This document shows positions 46,911 through 59,430 of a stretch of 64,000 bases of DNA, one piece after another. The notes beneath the pieces are model-generated. The model saw only the letters and a list, made by a program, of their open reading frames with translations. It had not been told where the DNA came from and did no database searches. The DNA comes from Harriotta raleighana (taxonomy: Eukaryota): assembly GCA_050575255.1 (NCBI GenBank), contig JBNZDD010013686.1, positions 2,103,742 to 2,167,741 of the forward strand, given 5' to 3'. The translations under genes and the position numbers were made by a program. Positions within the stretch are counted from its first letter, which is position 1; every line of letters starts with the position of its first letter.

Positions 46911-48319
46911 ACCTTACTCCTCATACCTTTCCAAGACCAAAACTGTGAGTTTAAAGTTCTCTCCGTACATAGATTGATAGATTCAGGGCCAGATGGTTAC
47001 AAGACAGAAATTTAATCAAGTGATTCAGAAGACATTCTAATTCAGGACAGTGAGAATGATTTTCAAACATCATCTCAGAAGCCAGATACAATTACTGTCT
47101 CTATGCAACAATTTAATATTTTTTATATTGTATGATTTATACCTTGTTGTTCAATTGTCCAATAAAGTTATTTCCTTACCACGTAAGTAATTTTTGGTGT
47201 ACAGAATTATGCAATTATATTTCCTTTCAGTGTTTTGCTATTTCTAATCCGTTGATAATCTAATTTTGCTGCCAACTTTGGAAAGATAAGGATAGTGTAG
47301 TAGTTGAATGCTTGCTGTAATAGTTTCTAGTGACATTTGATGTGATAAAAAAAAATAGCTGTATGTCCTACCATACCATGACATTCTTGCTCCAAACAAG
47401 ATTACTGGTGAACAATGCAACAGCACATTTGAAAATACACAAAACATCTTTAACTGATCCTGCAAATAGGCGTAAATATATTTAATCGATTAAAATAGAA
47501 CAAATAATTCACTATTATGTTAATTAAAGTAACTTGATGCAAGTTAATTCATTAAATACAAATATAAAACATTATTTGCTGTTAGAAAGCCAGTTAGAGT
47601 ATTTGCTGTGTACATAATGACTATTTTAGACTGCATCCCTTTTTACGGTGATCAGTCCAGGAGAGCAGATCTGAGACTCACACCCAATATAGGTTTCAAT
47701 GTCATGGTGAGTTTTATTAACACATTTTTTAAAAAAAACCCACATTAAATCTATGCATCCGATCTTAATTTTGTAAGTATCAGAGGTGACACACTGCCCT
47801 CTATTCCACTACTTTCATTATATTTAGCCTGTGTATTACCTTTAATAGCAGATTATGAAGACAGATCAGGTCTGGTCATGACCTTACATGGAGTATTTAC
47901 TGTACAAAGAGAATTTTAGGTTTCATTAAATATTATTCAAGTTCATGTAATTGAGATTTCAAGCAGCAGTTGCAAGGACCTTTTGCTGTTCATCTGATTT
48001 ACAGAAGAATTTTAAGTTTCTTGTGATTGGTATACTGACTACCTTCTGTCAAGCCAATAATTGTTATTGAGCTGAGGACCAGCAATGAAAGCTGCTTCGA
48101 GTGCAAAATCCATCATATTTGAAAGTGAAGTAGGTACAATTTTCAATTGATGGATTTCCTAACATCAGTTGAATTTAATAAGGTAGTGTGGTGTATCTAA
48201 TCACAAAGTGACAATCCAGTAAATTATATTCAAAAGTACAAGATTAATTTATCTTGCTTGGATATAAATCTTCTTCAGGATCTTTAAATTTTACTAATTT
48301 TTGATTGATAATTGATTGA

Positions 48320-48448
48320 ATTGGCAAAGCATTTTACCCACAATATACACAGTTAAAACCACTTTACAGTATACCCTGTGAGGTGGTTTGAGACATCTCT
48401 ATGACTTGATAAGGCTTCATATGAAATGCAAGGATTATTATTTATTAC
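48320..48448 (+). mobile_element. Diverged SINE 3' fragment
   Basis: CACTTTACAGTATACCCTGTGAGG...AAATGCAAGGATTATTATT. Confidence 0.7.
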
Positions 48449-48759
48449 AATGAAATACATTGGAAAAGCTTTAGCTGCCATTAAAACTCCATGCAAAAGT
48501 CCTACATGCTTTTCAAATCATTTAATATCAACTTGGAAATTTATGACTCCAAATAGCATGAAATAATTTTATCCATTGAACTTTTGTGGAATCAGACCAG
48601 TATTTTTTTGCCAGAAGTTTGGACAATATGGCATTTCCAGGATTATAAATATGTCACTAATACAAAAATTGTACAGCTTGGTAGAAATCTAAGGTCCTCT
48701 TGCTCCTGTGCCTAGCTGGAGAGTCTCTTTTGGTGGTGGCTTGCTGTTCAAAATACTCC

Positions 48760-48870
48760 CGTTAGTTTCTCACTCAAATATACAGTCAATTCACTTTACA
48801 ATATATAAGCACTTTGAGATGTCTAGAAGACGTGATGAGGCACTATATCAAATGCAAAGATTATTATTCT
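48760..48870 (+). mobile_element. Young SINE tail
   Basis: CAAATATACAGTCAATTCACTTTACA...CAAATGCAAAGATTATTATT. Confidence 0.8.
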
Positions 48871-50274
48871 TAGTTACCACAACTTGAAAGTACTCTTGCA
48901 AACTTCTGGTGAGATCTTTGTACATGGCAAGATTTACAAGGATGCAGCATAGTATGATTATTTTCCAGACTTTCTTCAGGGAACATTTCATTCCATTCTT
49001 GACTAGTCCAAATGTTGGAAGTGGCTTTGTGAGTAAACTGAATGTGTTTTTATTGAGGACTTCTTTGTCTATGTGACTGGTGGAAATGGGACGCAATATT
49101 AACCAATGTAACATCTCCACATGTATGCCTTTAGAGTTTTTGACTTTATCTTTGAGTTAACCTTATCTCGGGAACTACAGTGCATTCAGTAGATCAGGGC
49201 AGAACCCCCAAGCCCCCCCAGATGTAACCAGATTCACCCAGAATGAGTGGTTTTAACAATGATTCCTTCAAGCAACACTTCATTTTATTAACTATGCAAT
49301 ATATAATAATCAAATGAGAGACTCCATTACAAAGGAGAGATTATATTCTAGAAAGAAATAATATCCTCATATTAATACACTGTTTAAAAGATTGCTCCCT
49401 ATTATATTTTTCCTTATTTTGTTTAATCTTATTACAGTGTATTAACATTGCAGTGATGTATTCAATATCACCTACATTGAATCATTGAGGTAAGTAGTTG
49501 TAGTGCTTTTACTTTTTTGTATCTCTAATTGAAAGCAAATGCCAATATAGATGCTAGAGGATTTCCACTCATTTTAAATTACAAATGTGGGGATTATCCT
49601 GCTGGTATTATTACTGTGCAATTCGCACCTCCTATCATGGAAACAAAAAAAGGCAGATGTTGGGATAAGATTTATCACTTTTATTGTAACAGGCTTCAAT
49701 GTGAGACAGTTGCTTGTGTGAATTTCACATGTATTAAATATACATATGCAGGTAAAGCACCAACAGTCATATCCACCCAATGAACTAACACTTATAGTAT
49801 CTCTCCCTTTATCAATGGCACAGCATCTATAAGATTCCGAAAACCCTGCAGACTACATCCATGAAGAATAGAGATATCTCACCATGTGTGCAAACTCCTT
49901 CGCATGAAAAACAACACATTCATTTCTGGAATAATTTTAATAGATTACAGTATTGCAATGAAAATAGTTTATTCACTCTATATGTATATACGGAGAGGGG
50001 AGGATGCTAATCGGTGAACAAAATAAATATTGCAAAAGATTCAACTTTAAATCAGAATGATAGCAATGCAGAGTGCAGGGAGATGAATTGGTGAAAATGA
50101 GCATAACACAAAGGATAGGCGTGTTAAATGTTCCATGGTTGTAGTTGGCAAATCTGATAGTGGTGAAGGTTTTCATTTGTGTCACTAAGATTTTTCAAAT
50201 GTGTAGCAAGGAAGGTCGCTGAGTCTGTGACTAGAAGAGCATCAATTTAAGGTAGTTAGCAACAAACAAATGGG

Positions 50275-50482
50275 GGAGGTTGGAATTAGGAAATGGGATG
50301 TCCTACCAGGAACAGTGGTTGAGGCAGAATCTATATGTGTTTTCAAAAGTGAACGAGTACCTAAAACATGTAGGGAAAGGGTGGGTGAAAGTAACTGAAA
50401 AATTACTCTTAAATAAACCAGCACAGACATAAATTGCTGGATGGCCTTCTTATGTGCCGTAAATTTCTATGGATCTATGAAA
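50275..50482 (+). mobile_element. Decayed CR1 3' end
   Basis: TGGGATGTCCTACCAGGAACAGTGGTTGAGGCAG...GGATGGCCTTCTTATGTGCCGTAAATTTCTATGGATCTATG, parallel to 270-485. Confidence 0.78.
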
Positions 50483-52711
50483 GTTTGCTTTAGTTTAGCA
50501 GTGATTTGGGGACTAGTTATGCATCTAGTATTTATTTATTATTACAAACAGGACCACCTTACAATACAAATTCTCTGGTAATGATTTTCATAAATTGATA
50601 TTATCGGGTGCCCCAATTGAAGAAATAACAAAGTTGTCCTTATCATTCCATTTTAAAGTCTTGGATAAAGAAGTGAACACATCCCATTGATAGACTGCAT
50701 GAGTGGAAGCATTTTCAGACACTTTTAGTATAATTTAGGCAAAGTCGGAGAATGGAATTTGTATTAATAAAGCTTGCCTTAATATACGTAACAGCAAATA
50801 CATGTTAGGTTACACTGAAGCATTCATCAACTTTTAGTATTTAATGTGCTCATAATTATATATAATTATGACACATCATAAGGAAACAAATCATGTAAAT
50901 CAGTGAATAATTAAGAAGCTAAAATGTCAAATTGTACACTTTATGTTTCAAACCAATACAATACTAATATAAAGCTGCAATGGATATTTCAATGAATAAA
51001 ACAGAAGAGCCTTCTTGAAGTGTGAACTAAAAATTCTGTTCTTCCAAAGCTTATTCCAAATGAATTTTTAAAGAAAAATATTTATGCTGCCTCTCATTAT
51101 GTTTACTCAATCTGGATGGGACAAGTTATTTTTTACTCTGTGGTGTAAAGCAAAATAGTTGCTGAAATTACAGTGCACAGTGATGATATAAAGATGAATA
51201 ATATAGTGCACAGATTAGTACTGAATTTGGCCAAACAACAGAAGATATGGACTGAGGTGTAGGTCACACCGGAAGGTCCTGACACCATTCAGTCTTCTTT
51301 TAAGCCACAAAACAGTGGTGCATCTAGGGAATTGGATGGCATGAGCTGTTTGAAGTTTAGTAGTGAAGCTTCAGTTTCTGTGTTTAATTAAATCCAGTGG
51401 ATAGCATTTCCTGAGCCACAAAACCTCATTACATCCCACTACACATAATTTCTTACAGGTGTCTTTCCAAAATGTAGGTCAGAGTAAAAACACTACTTTA
51501 CACAAAGCAAAATCAAACACATCATTGTAATTGCATCTTATTAACTGAGGCAGGTTGTTTGTACTTGCGAGTTTTTCTCTTTAATATTCACTTAATAAAA
51601 TATCATTTCAGCCAAAGTACTCATTTACATACTACTTTATTTTTAACTTTGATTTTTTTTTGCATGATTTTCTATCCCCTTTCTCAGTTGGCTAATTGTA
51701 AGATTAGAAATAACAAATCATAGAACCCCTGCTAACATCAATAGTCACACAAGCTGCAAACATAAAAGATGAAAACCATAATTTAAGATGATTTTGTTGA
51801 AACTGAAGTAAAAATTGCCAAATCAAATTTTATTTTACTTTTGATTTTACTCTTTATTGAGTGAAGAAGTACATTATCCTATATATGAGGGTCATACATA
51901 TTCTAATGGCAGAGTTGCAAAGATACTTACGCACAGCATATGAAGGTATAATTATTTAGTTGCTATTAGTAGCAGACACATTTAAAGCAGCAATTACTTT
52001 GTAACATTAAAAATCAAATAAAACATCGAGAACAGCAGTACACATTAAAACAAGATACTTTAGTTTCTGATGACGGTTTCAATTTGAAATATTGTCACTA
52101 TTCATACACATATGTATACTGTATTGAGAGTGTCATTGTGCACAGAATACAGGATTGTTTTGCAAACTTCTTTATTAAGAAGGCTTTTCATTACATTAAA
52201 TGTGTGGTGTAGTTTGTTAGATATACATACCCCTCTCTTCTTAAGTCTAACTTGGTAGGATTTTGTACCTAAAGCAGAAGGCCTTTTTTAAAAAAAAATT
52301 GTGAACACCAACCAATTCGTGCAAGTTGGACTCATGTGTGATTCTTGTTACTATTTTTTTATCCAGATCAGCCAATCTGAATCAACAGAGAATTCCTTCT
52401 TTAAAACTATACTGGCATATGTTTCAGAAAGTGCTGGAAAAAGCTGAATAAATTCAATTATGTTCCAATAAGCTGTTTGAAAAAGTGATGAATTCTCAGT
52501 CCAATGAATGATTTCTTTGCATTTGCATCAATATGAAAGTTGACCATTGCTTCCGTGAGAATTGTGCTTCTAGACTTTCCATTGTTGGGTCCCAGCTCCA
52601 AGGTGGAAATGTGACTGCTCAGCTATAAGCTGAATCCGTTGAAAAAGGATTTGTTGCTGTTATTTTTCTATTAAGAGAACATTATGCTAAGCCTTTATCA
52701 GTCATTTTAAC

Positions 52712-52725
52712 GTTGCCATAGCAAC
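52712..52725. promoter_or_regulatory. Near-perfect palindromic RFX X-box
   Basis: GTTGCCATAGCAAC (consensus GTTGCCATGGCAAC), in repeat-free sequence. Confidence 0.55.
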
Positions 52726-55479
52726 TTTATTCCTGCAGGGTTGTGACCTGTGATGACTACAGTACAAAGCTAAAGAGTCACGAAAACCCCTTTGAAGACA
52801 GAAAATAGGTTCATATTTATGCAAAAATCTTTGAAATATGATTTAAGCTTTTAAGAATGAACGCCAAGCTTATTCCAATGTGAGCTTTAGTAAGAGGCCA
52901 TGGTGATGTGAACACTCTTAAGTTGTAGATCACACACTTAAGAGATTTTTTTTCTTTTACTCACAGTGAGGGAAGAAATAAATGTGTATTTAGTCAGCAA
53001 CATATTTATTGGCGATGCATCTTCTGAACACTGACTGTGTAAGGTCAGAACAGTTCTGAACTTTCAAATTGGTTTTCCAGCAATAACTAGTTTCAGACTT
53101 AATATACTGCCACAGGCAATGTTTATTTTTCCTTGTTTCTTCATGTCCATGTCACAACTTTCCTGTCTTTGCAGCCTTCCACGTAGATCAAGAATGGGAA
53201 ATGTTTTTAATTACTTAAGTTGTAGGGGATAGATAGTTATAGTGATACTCTTCTGTACCTGTGTGTTTGGGTAGTGTTTCAGATCTGTTGTGGAGACTGG
53301 GGACTCACATGGAATCAGAGTGATTTCTCTTTAATTTACTTAGTAGGAACATGTATGACCAGCTTACCGAGAGTAACAAAAAGATTAGGCTTTGAAAGTA
53401 TTAGATTGACAGTACCATGGGTACAAAGCACAACAGGCTACTGCTTTGAAGAAAATTGTGCTCTGGGTGTCAGGTTTCTGTCAAAACTAGTGACTGTAAT
53501 GCATGCTTAATTGTGAATAAGACCTGTTGTGCTATTGCTATGCATTAAAGCCAGCCATTAGGGCCAACTTCCAGGCAAACCTATTCAGCTGGCCCCGGGA
53601 TTAGATATAAAAATGCCAAATTTATTACCAGTTGACAATCATTAAAAAAAAACTTTCCTTATAAAGTTGCCTCAGGAAATAATTTGAAGGCATTTGTCTG
53701 ATACACCATAAACTATGAATTTCTGAGCACATTGTTTCAATTTATAAATGCTACACATTTCACAAAACTTGCTCTGAAAGTAAGCATTTTAATGCTTATT
53801 GAAACTAAAGGGCAAAATAACCTAAAGATAACATGTTTACTTTATTCAGTAAATATGCAGTTGACAATAAAATTATGCTCCAGTGGCTTGAGTTACTGGT
53901 CAGTTCAAATTTATTCAATTTTCATTTGAGGATTTTAAAATGCAATAATATTTTCCATTTGATAGTATATTCCATAAAATAGTATTTTCCATCTGTCCTG
54001 AGTCCATAAAAAAACATAAGAGCTGCATACAAAAGTAACTTTACAGAAAATCATTTTTATCCTAAAAACATAGTTTCTAGTACACATACTGAGCCTAGTA
54101 TTTTTTTAAAAAGTTAATTTACTTTGATATTTTGCACTATTTGATCTGTTAGACATTTTATATTATGGAACTAAATCACCTAGGAGATTTGCCAAGGTTA
54201 AATTTTGGCTCTTTTTGTTCAAGTACTTATCAAACCTTTAGATTTACACCAAAATCTTTTTTGAAAAGAAAATAATTTTAACCGCTGACAAGAGATTATA
54301 TCATAGATGTGTATTAAACAACTGTTTAGCATTATATAAGTTGAGACAGTTATACAAATTCAGTGATTTATTATTACACCTAGTTAGCAGCCAATTGTAA
54401 AAGGTAACAAGTGGACACATAAAACAAACAGGAAAGACCATTATTGATGTAAAGGAAATGAAATAAGTAAATTAATAGGTCAGGTGAAATATTTATAAAA
54501 GGAAGTTGTAGAAAAATTGGAAAACACATGTAAAAAAATTTCAATTATTAACACACTGTCAATTTTTATTTGCACACCAATATATCCCGAGAATAAAAGA
54601 AGGGATAGATTTATTGTAACTCAATTGATAAGAAAGATGTAAATTCATTTAAAAATTAACATGGATTAGGGCAGGTAAAGTATTTTCTGCTTCAGGTACA
54701 TGAGTGATGCTGATTTTGCACACCGATTGTGCAATGGTATAATTGGGGAACACCCAGTTATACCATGCAAGGAGAGAATAACACAACCTAATATTTGCAT
54801 GCTCAAATGTATCATTAATTCTTTTAATAAACAATCATTAATAAACCAATTACACTAATAATATTCAAGTAGCTGTTCAGGCCATGTTTGCAGCACTTTA
54901 CATGCCTGAACACAGTAACATTTTATATGTTTAACTGATACAAGTTATTTAAAACAAATGTGAATTTTGTTAATGCATTCCAATTTTGTAATATTCAAGC
55001 ATTTATTTTGACTGTCGTGAATGAGGATACTCAGCATTTATGTGCTTATGTGAGAGAGACAGCTGATATCAACTTACAAGGTAAATTGTACATCCTTTTC
55101 AATTTAATTTAATTTTCTACACTGACTGTCAATGTCCCCTGATGCTGTTGTTAATTATAATTCAAAATGAGTGCTTTGACTTATTTGCAATATATAGAGC
55201 ATGTAGGCAAAATCCTCATCAAAAAAGTGGGTGCAACTTTTAAAAAAAACATTTCCCAGGCTTATCAGTTTGAAGATTAACATGGTTGCAATATCACTAG
55301 ATCATCAAAGAGATTTGGATAAAGAAACATTTGATCCCATTCTACCAGAATATGCATCCTGACACCCTACCATTGTAGCAACAAACTGTTTCTTAAATGA
55401 GTTCAGCACTTTGGTCTCAATCACAATTCCTAACAACCAATTCCAGTCCAGCAATTTTCAAGTCTGCCTTAAAGCATGT

Positions 55480-55600
55480 CTACACAGTGAGAGTAGACTT
55501 AACATCTCATCCAAGCATTGCAGGCCACCCTCAGTACTGCATTGGACTATCATCCTGATTGTAGGTTCCCATAACCTTCTGATTCAGAGATGAGAGCGCA
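55480..55600 (-). mobile_element. SacSINE1-like DeuSINE 5' fragment
   Basis: TTAACATCTCATCC...CCCTCAGTACTGCATTGGA...CCCATAACCTTCTGATTCAGAGATGAGAG. Confidence 0.6.
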
Positions 55601-57284
55601 CAACTTTATAAATGTGTTGGAAATCTGGAATACACCCAGACTTCCAGCATCTGCAGTATTTTGCCTTTTTGTTTATATAAAAATGTGCTTCTAGGTAATA
55701 GCATGACATTGCTGCACCAACTGAACTACAGTGGAAACTCCAAGGGCAGATCCATGGAGAGCTCAGGCTGAGTAATTAGGGACGATATGTGTGCAGATCA
55801 CCAGCCGTTGTATGTAAGTAAGCAGGGCAGGTCTGACCGGTGTTGCTCAAATTGTGGAGGTAAATTAGGTCATGTTTGCATTTCTACTGCACTTGCATGT
55901 TTCACTATATCCAGCATGTGGCATGTAAACCCATCTTGGATAACCTCTTAAAGTTTCAAGAATCATCTGTTACCAGTAACACTCTTTGAGTGCTGTTTTT
56001 ATTAACAATGCTCATGTGGAATGCAGCTTGGCTTGTATTAGTTGAAACATATCAATTATTTTCTCCACATAATATTCCCACTGAAACTTTTTATTAAGTG
56101 TCTATTCAAAACTTTTACATATAAATTGTTCCCACACAAGCAACAATTTCAGGAAATTTAATCATATTGCTTCAAGAAGTATCAGTGGAATTGATACACT
56201 CCTTTTGAACAGGAAATGGCTAAGATGATGAGGGGGTGGGCAGGGAACTATTATTTAAAATGATTTAGTTGGCAGTAATGAAAGTTGGTCGAAAATTTAT
56301 TCTAACCATCTGGTAAGGGTAACTCCTTATATTTTACTCACGTTGATCATACATCACTTATATTGCATTAAACTTATAGTGAAATACCCGATGCTGTTTA
56401 TTAATGCTACTCACATTACACATCATATCTACCTCTGACCCTATTGTACCCTACTCCTCTGCTCACCCCCTTTCACATAGCGAACACAGTCCTTCAACCC
56501 TTCTGCACCACCATTGATGTGGTGCAATCAGCCACTACACGTATAATCTTTGGGACTGCTTGTCTCATTCCCTCCTCCTCACCCTTTCTTCATCTATCTT
56601 TAAAATCTATCTAACGATCTACCTCTTCCATTACATGTATGGTCACCTCCCCCTTCCTCTTCCCTCTTGCTCAGTGTCCAAGCTTCCAATTCTGTACAGT
56701 GCTCCAACATTAAACCGTTTGAAGGGTGCTTTATAAATGCATGTTTGTTGTTGTTGATAGATTCCAAGGATACCGTATGTCTCACATATCTGTAGCGCTA
56801 GTTTGAACAATTTGCTTACCAGTTACCTCTAGGTTCTAAAAGAATTCTTGAATATTTCTCCTGATCAATGCATTATTAGCATGCTGAATGTGATGTGCAG
56901 ACTGCTCTTTGATACATCATAGGGATGCTTCTCAGAGTTCATTATCACACCAGCACTCTGCCTCCAATCTCTGATATGGTCTCTTTAGATTCTTTGTACA
57001 TCACGCTTTAAGAAATTATTTGAGAAGCAGTTCACAATCATAGCTGTGTTCAAGTTTTATCCATTCAATTATCCTTTACCCACACAATGATTTTCTGTTT
57101 TGTGACAATGGCAAGTGAAAAGAGGAAACTGAACATCTTTGACAAATAAAACTCACAATCCAAATGCGAATCTCTTAAGAACCATAAATACCGTAATATG
57201 ATTTAAATTACCTACACAAAACTGTTTGACGTTTTCCCTTCTTCTCTCCTGAAGATGCCGAATCTTGTAAGGGTTGGTACATTG

Positions 57285-57525
57285 CTGAAATGGTCATTCT
57301 TTGTGTGTGAGTAGATGGTGAGTGTCGGCTGGCTATTCATCTGTAGGGAACAGCTGAGCTCGATCATGTCCTCAACCAACATCCTCACACGCGCATGTTT
57401 CAGCAGGGGGTCACTGGATAGCAATTAGAAGTGGGCAGATTTATCCCCCTCCCTAGCCCAGGGGCAATGTAGCCCATTGTAACAGCACCACTGTTGCCTG
57501 ATGAGATCAGTGCTGGATCAAGCAA
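57285..57525 (-). mobile_element. Ancient SINE, AmnSINE2-like (best-preserved copy)
   Basis: ATGGTCATTCTTTGTGTGTGAG...GTGAGTGTCGGCTGGCTATTC...CACACGCGCATGTTTCAGCAGGGGGTCACTGGATAGC...CCCCTCCCTAGCCCCAGGGGCA...TGAGATCAG. Confidence 0.68.
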
Positions 57526-58156
57526 TTGTTTTAATCATATATTAAGTTTATGGTTTATGTGCTAGGTTCACATGTATGGAATGAGACAAAGTCTCACATG
57601 GAAGAGACCTGATACTTACGTGAGCAGGATGTTTGGTGACAAGTGATTGACAGTTGGAAAAGATGAAATAAAACATGTAGCAAATCATAGAACATCCGCT
57701 TAGTAAGTAATGCACTTTTACCATAAGGACAACAATCAACCTAAAACCGTGAATGTCAAATTACTTATTTAAAATCAGGGCAATATTTGAAATTATGAAA
57801 AGTTGAATATGATTTTTAAAAATGTAATATAGAAATGGAGGACATGAACACAAGGAGGAACTGGACCCCTGGTAAGTGGTTCACTGATCAGACTGAAATG
57901 GTGCAGAAATTATATTACCTGCACTGACAGCACAAGATCATTGATGTATTTTGCAAATTATTGGTACAGCCTTATATGGAAGATTTCTACACAATTCATA
58001 TCTGATTGTTTTTTCGCTTACTTTGGCTTCCTGCATAATTGTTGCCTTTTCTCCCATTTTAAACATATTTTGATCTTTGCCCACAACATGCTTAACTCAG
58101 AGAGAGCACTGTGATTTCAGCTCAGCACACATCTTTTTCTGTTTCTGCCATGACAA

Positions 58157-58299
58157 CTTCTTACGGACATCTTCCCCCACCACCCACCCACCCACCCCCA
58201 CCCCAGCTTGGCCCCGGGCTCCAGTGTTATGAAGCGCTCTGAGAAGCCATCTGGCATGGAGTGCGCTATATAAACGCAAGTTGTTGCTGTTGTTGTTGC
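58157..58299 (+). mobile_element. L2-type 3' fragment flanked by 64-bp direct repeats
   Basis: TGAAGCGCTCTGAGAAGCCATCTGGCATGGAGTGCGCTATATAAACGCAAG followed by (TTG)n; the flanking repeats are 58093-58156 and 58300-58363. Confidence 0.7.
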
Positions 58300-59136
58300 T
58301 AACTCTGAGAGAGCATTGTGATTTCAGCTCAACGCATGTCTCTTCATTTTTCAGCCAAGACAAATTTTACAAAGAACCCAAGCTTCAAAAATAACTTGAA
58401 CTGCAAGATTTCTGGAGTGTGGTTGATGGGTGTAAATATATCCTTTGCTTTTAAGGCACGAGTTGAACAAAACAGTCGAAGAAATAAAACTTGAGTATGA
58501 AATTGTTATTTTCTTTTCAGTTTCAACACTGGTAGGATTTGGTTGCTGACTGAAGCTTCTATTTTGTGTATCTTTTGAATGTTCGTAATTATATCAGCAG
58601 GAAAGAACGCTCTGTTTTTAATCAAAGAACAAGCCACCATTTTTTAACCTATAAGTTGAGAATCCTCAGAAACTTCTTCAAAACAAATTGCTCCCAAATT
58701 ATATGATGCCAGAGCAAGAGGCATCCACAAATGCAGATTATCAACAAATTTGAATTCAGAAGGTACCTTATTGACCCAGATGTTGCAGCTTGGAAAGGAA
58801 GATTTGCAGATTTTGCAAATGCTCTTATTGCATATCACAGTGGAGACATATTTGGGTCTAACTTGTTGTATTTGTTAACTGGATTCCATAATATGGAACT
58901 AGAGATTTTACAAATACAATATCCACCCAGCAACCAGATGTACACCACTCCAACCACAAGAATTCTGCTCTGATATATTCTACTTCTGGAATGGTGTTCA
59001 CTTGGAATGATGGGAATTCCAACTGGATTTCTTATAAAGGAATCCAATTAAGAAATATCACAAATTGGACCCCATTGTCCAATTAAGTTGGTGAATATTC
59101 TCCCAGTTTTTCATGCAGAAGCCTTCATTAATAAAA

Positions 59137-59430
59137 ATTAATAACAATAATCCTTGCATTTGAAATAGTGCTTCTCATGTCTTCGAAATGTTGCAAATAG
59201 CTTCACACAATATACTGTAAAGTGAATTGACTTCATATTTGTGGGTAAAATGTGGCAGCCAATTGCACACAGCAGTCCCACAAACAGTGGTGGATTCAAA
59301 TGACCAATTTTTTTTGAGGGATTATTATCAGTCATGTGGAGTAAAGAAACTTGCCCAAGGTTTCGCCCTGCCTGAAATTGAACCCAGTTCTCTCGCTTGC
59401 AAGGCGAGTGCTCTAACCACTGAGCTACAG
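59137..59430 (-). mobile_element. Near full-length young tRNA/Deu SINE
   Basis: Reverse complement of the family, ending in GTGCTCTAACCACTGAGCTACAG. Confidence 0.9.

Noticed and set aside
47873-47884. TGGTCATGACCT, a near TRE/IR0 nuclear-receptor palindrome
   Set aside because: A single imperfect 12-mer with no supporting context; plausible by chance.
58760-58810. IDPDVAAWKG resembles the actin-related-protein C-terminal motif (DP..AWKG)
   Set aside because: Short match only; the flanking residues do not fit the actin fold.
58704-58973. In-frame TGA read as selenocysteine or as mitochondrial-code Trp (NUMT)
   Set aside because: No recognisable SECIS or selenoprotein motif, and the frame contains AGA/AGG codons and does not resemble a mitochondrial protein.
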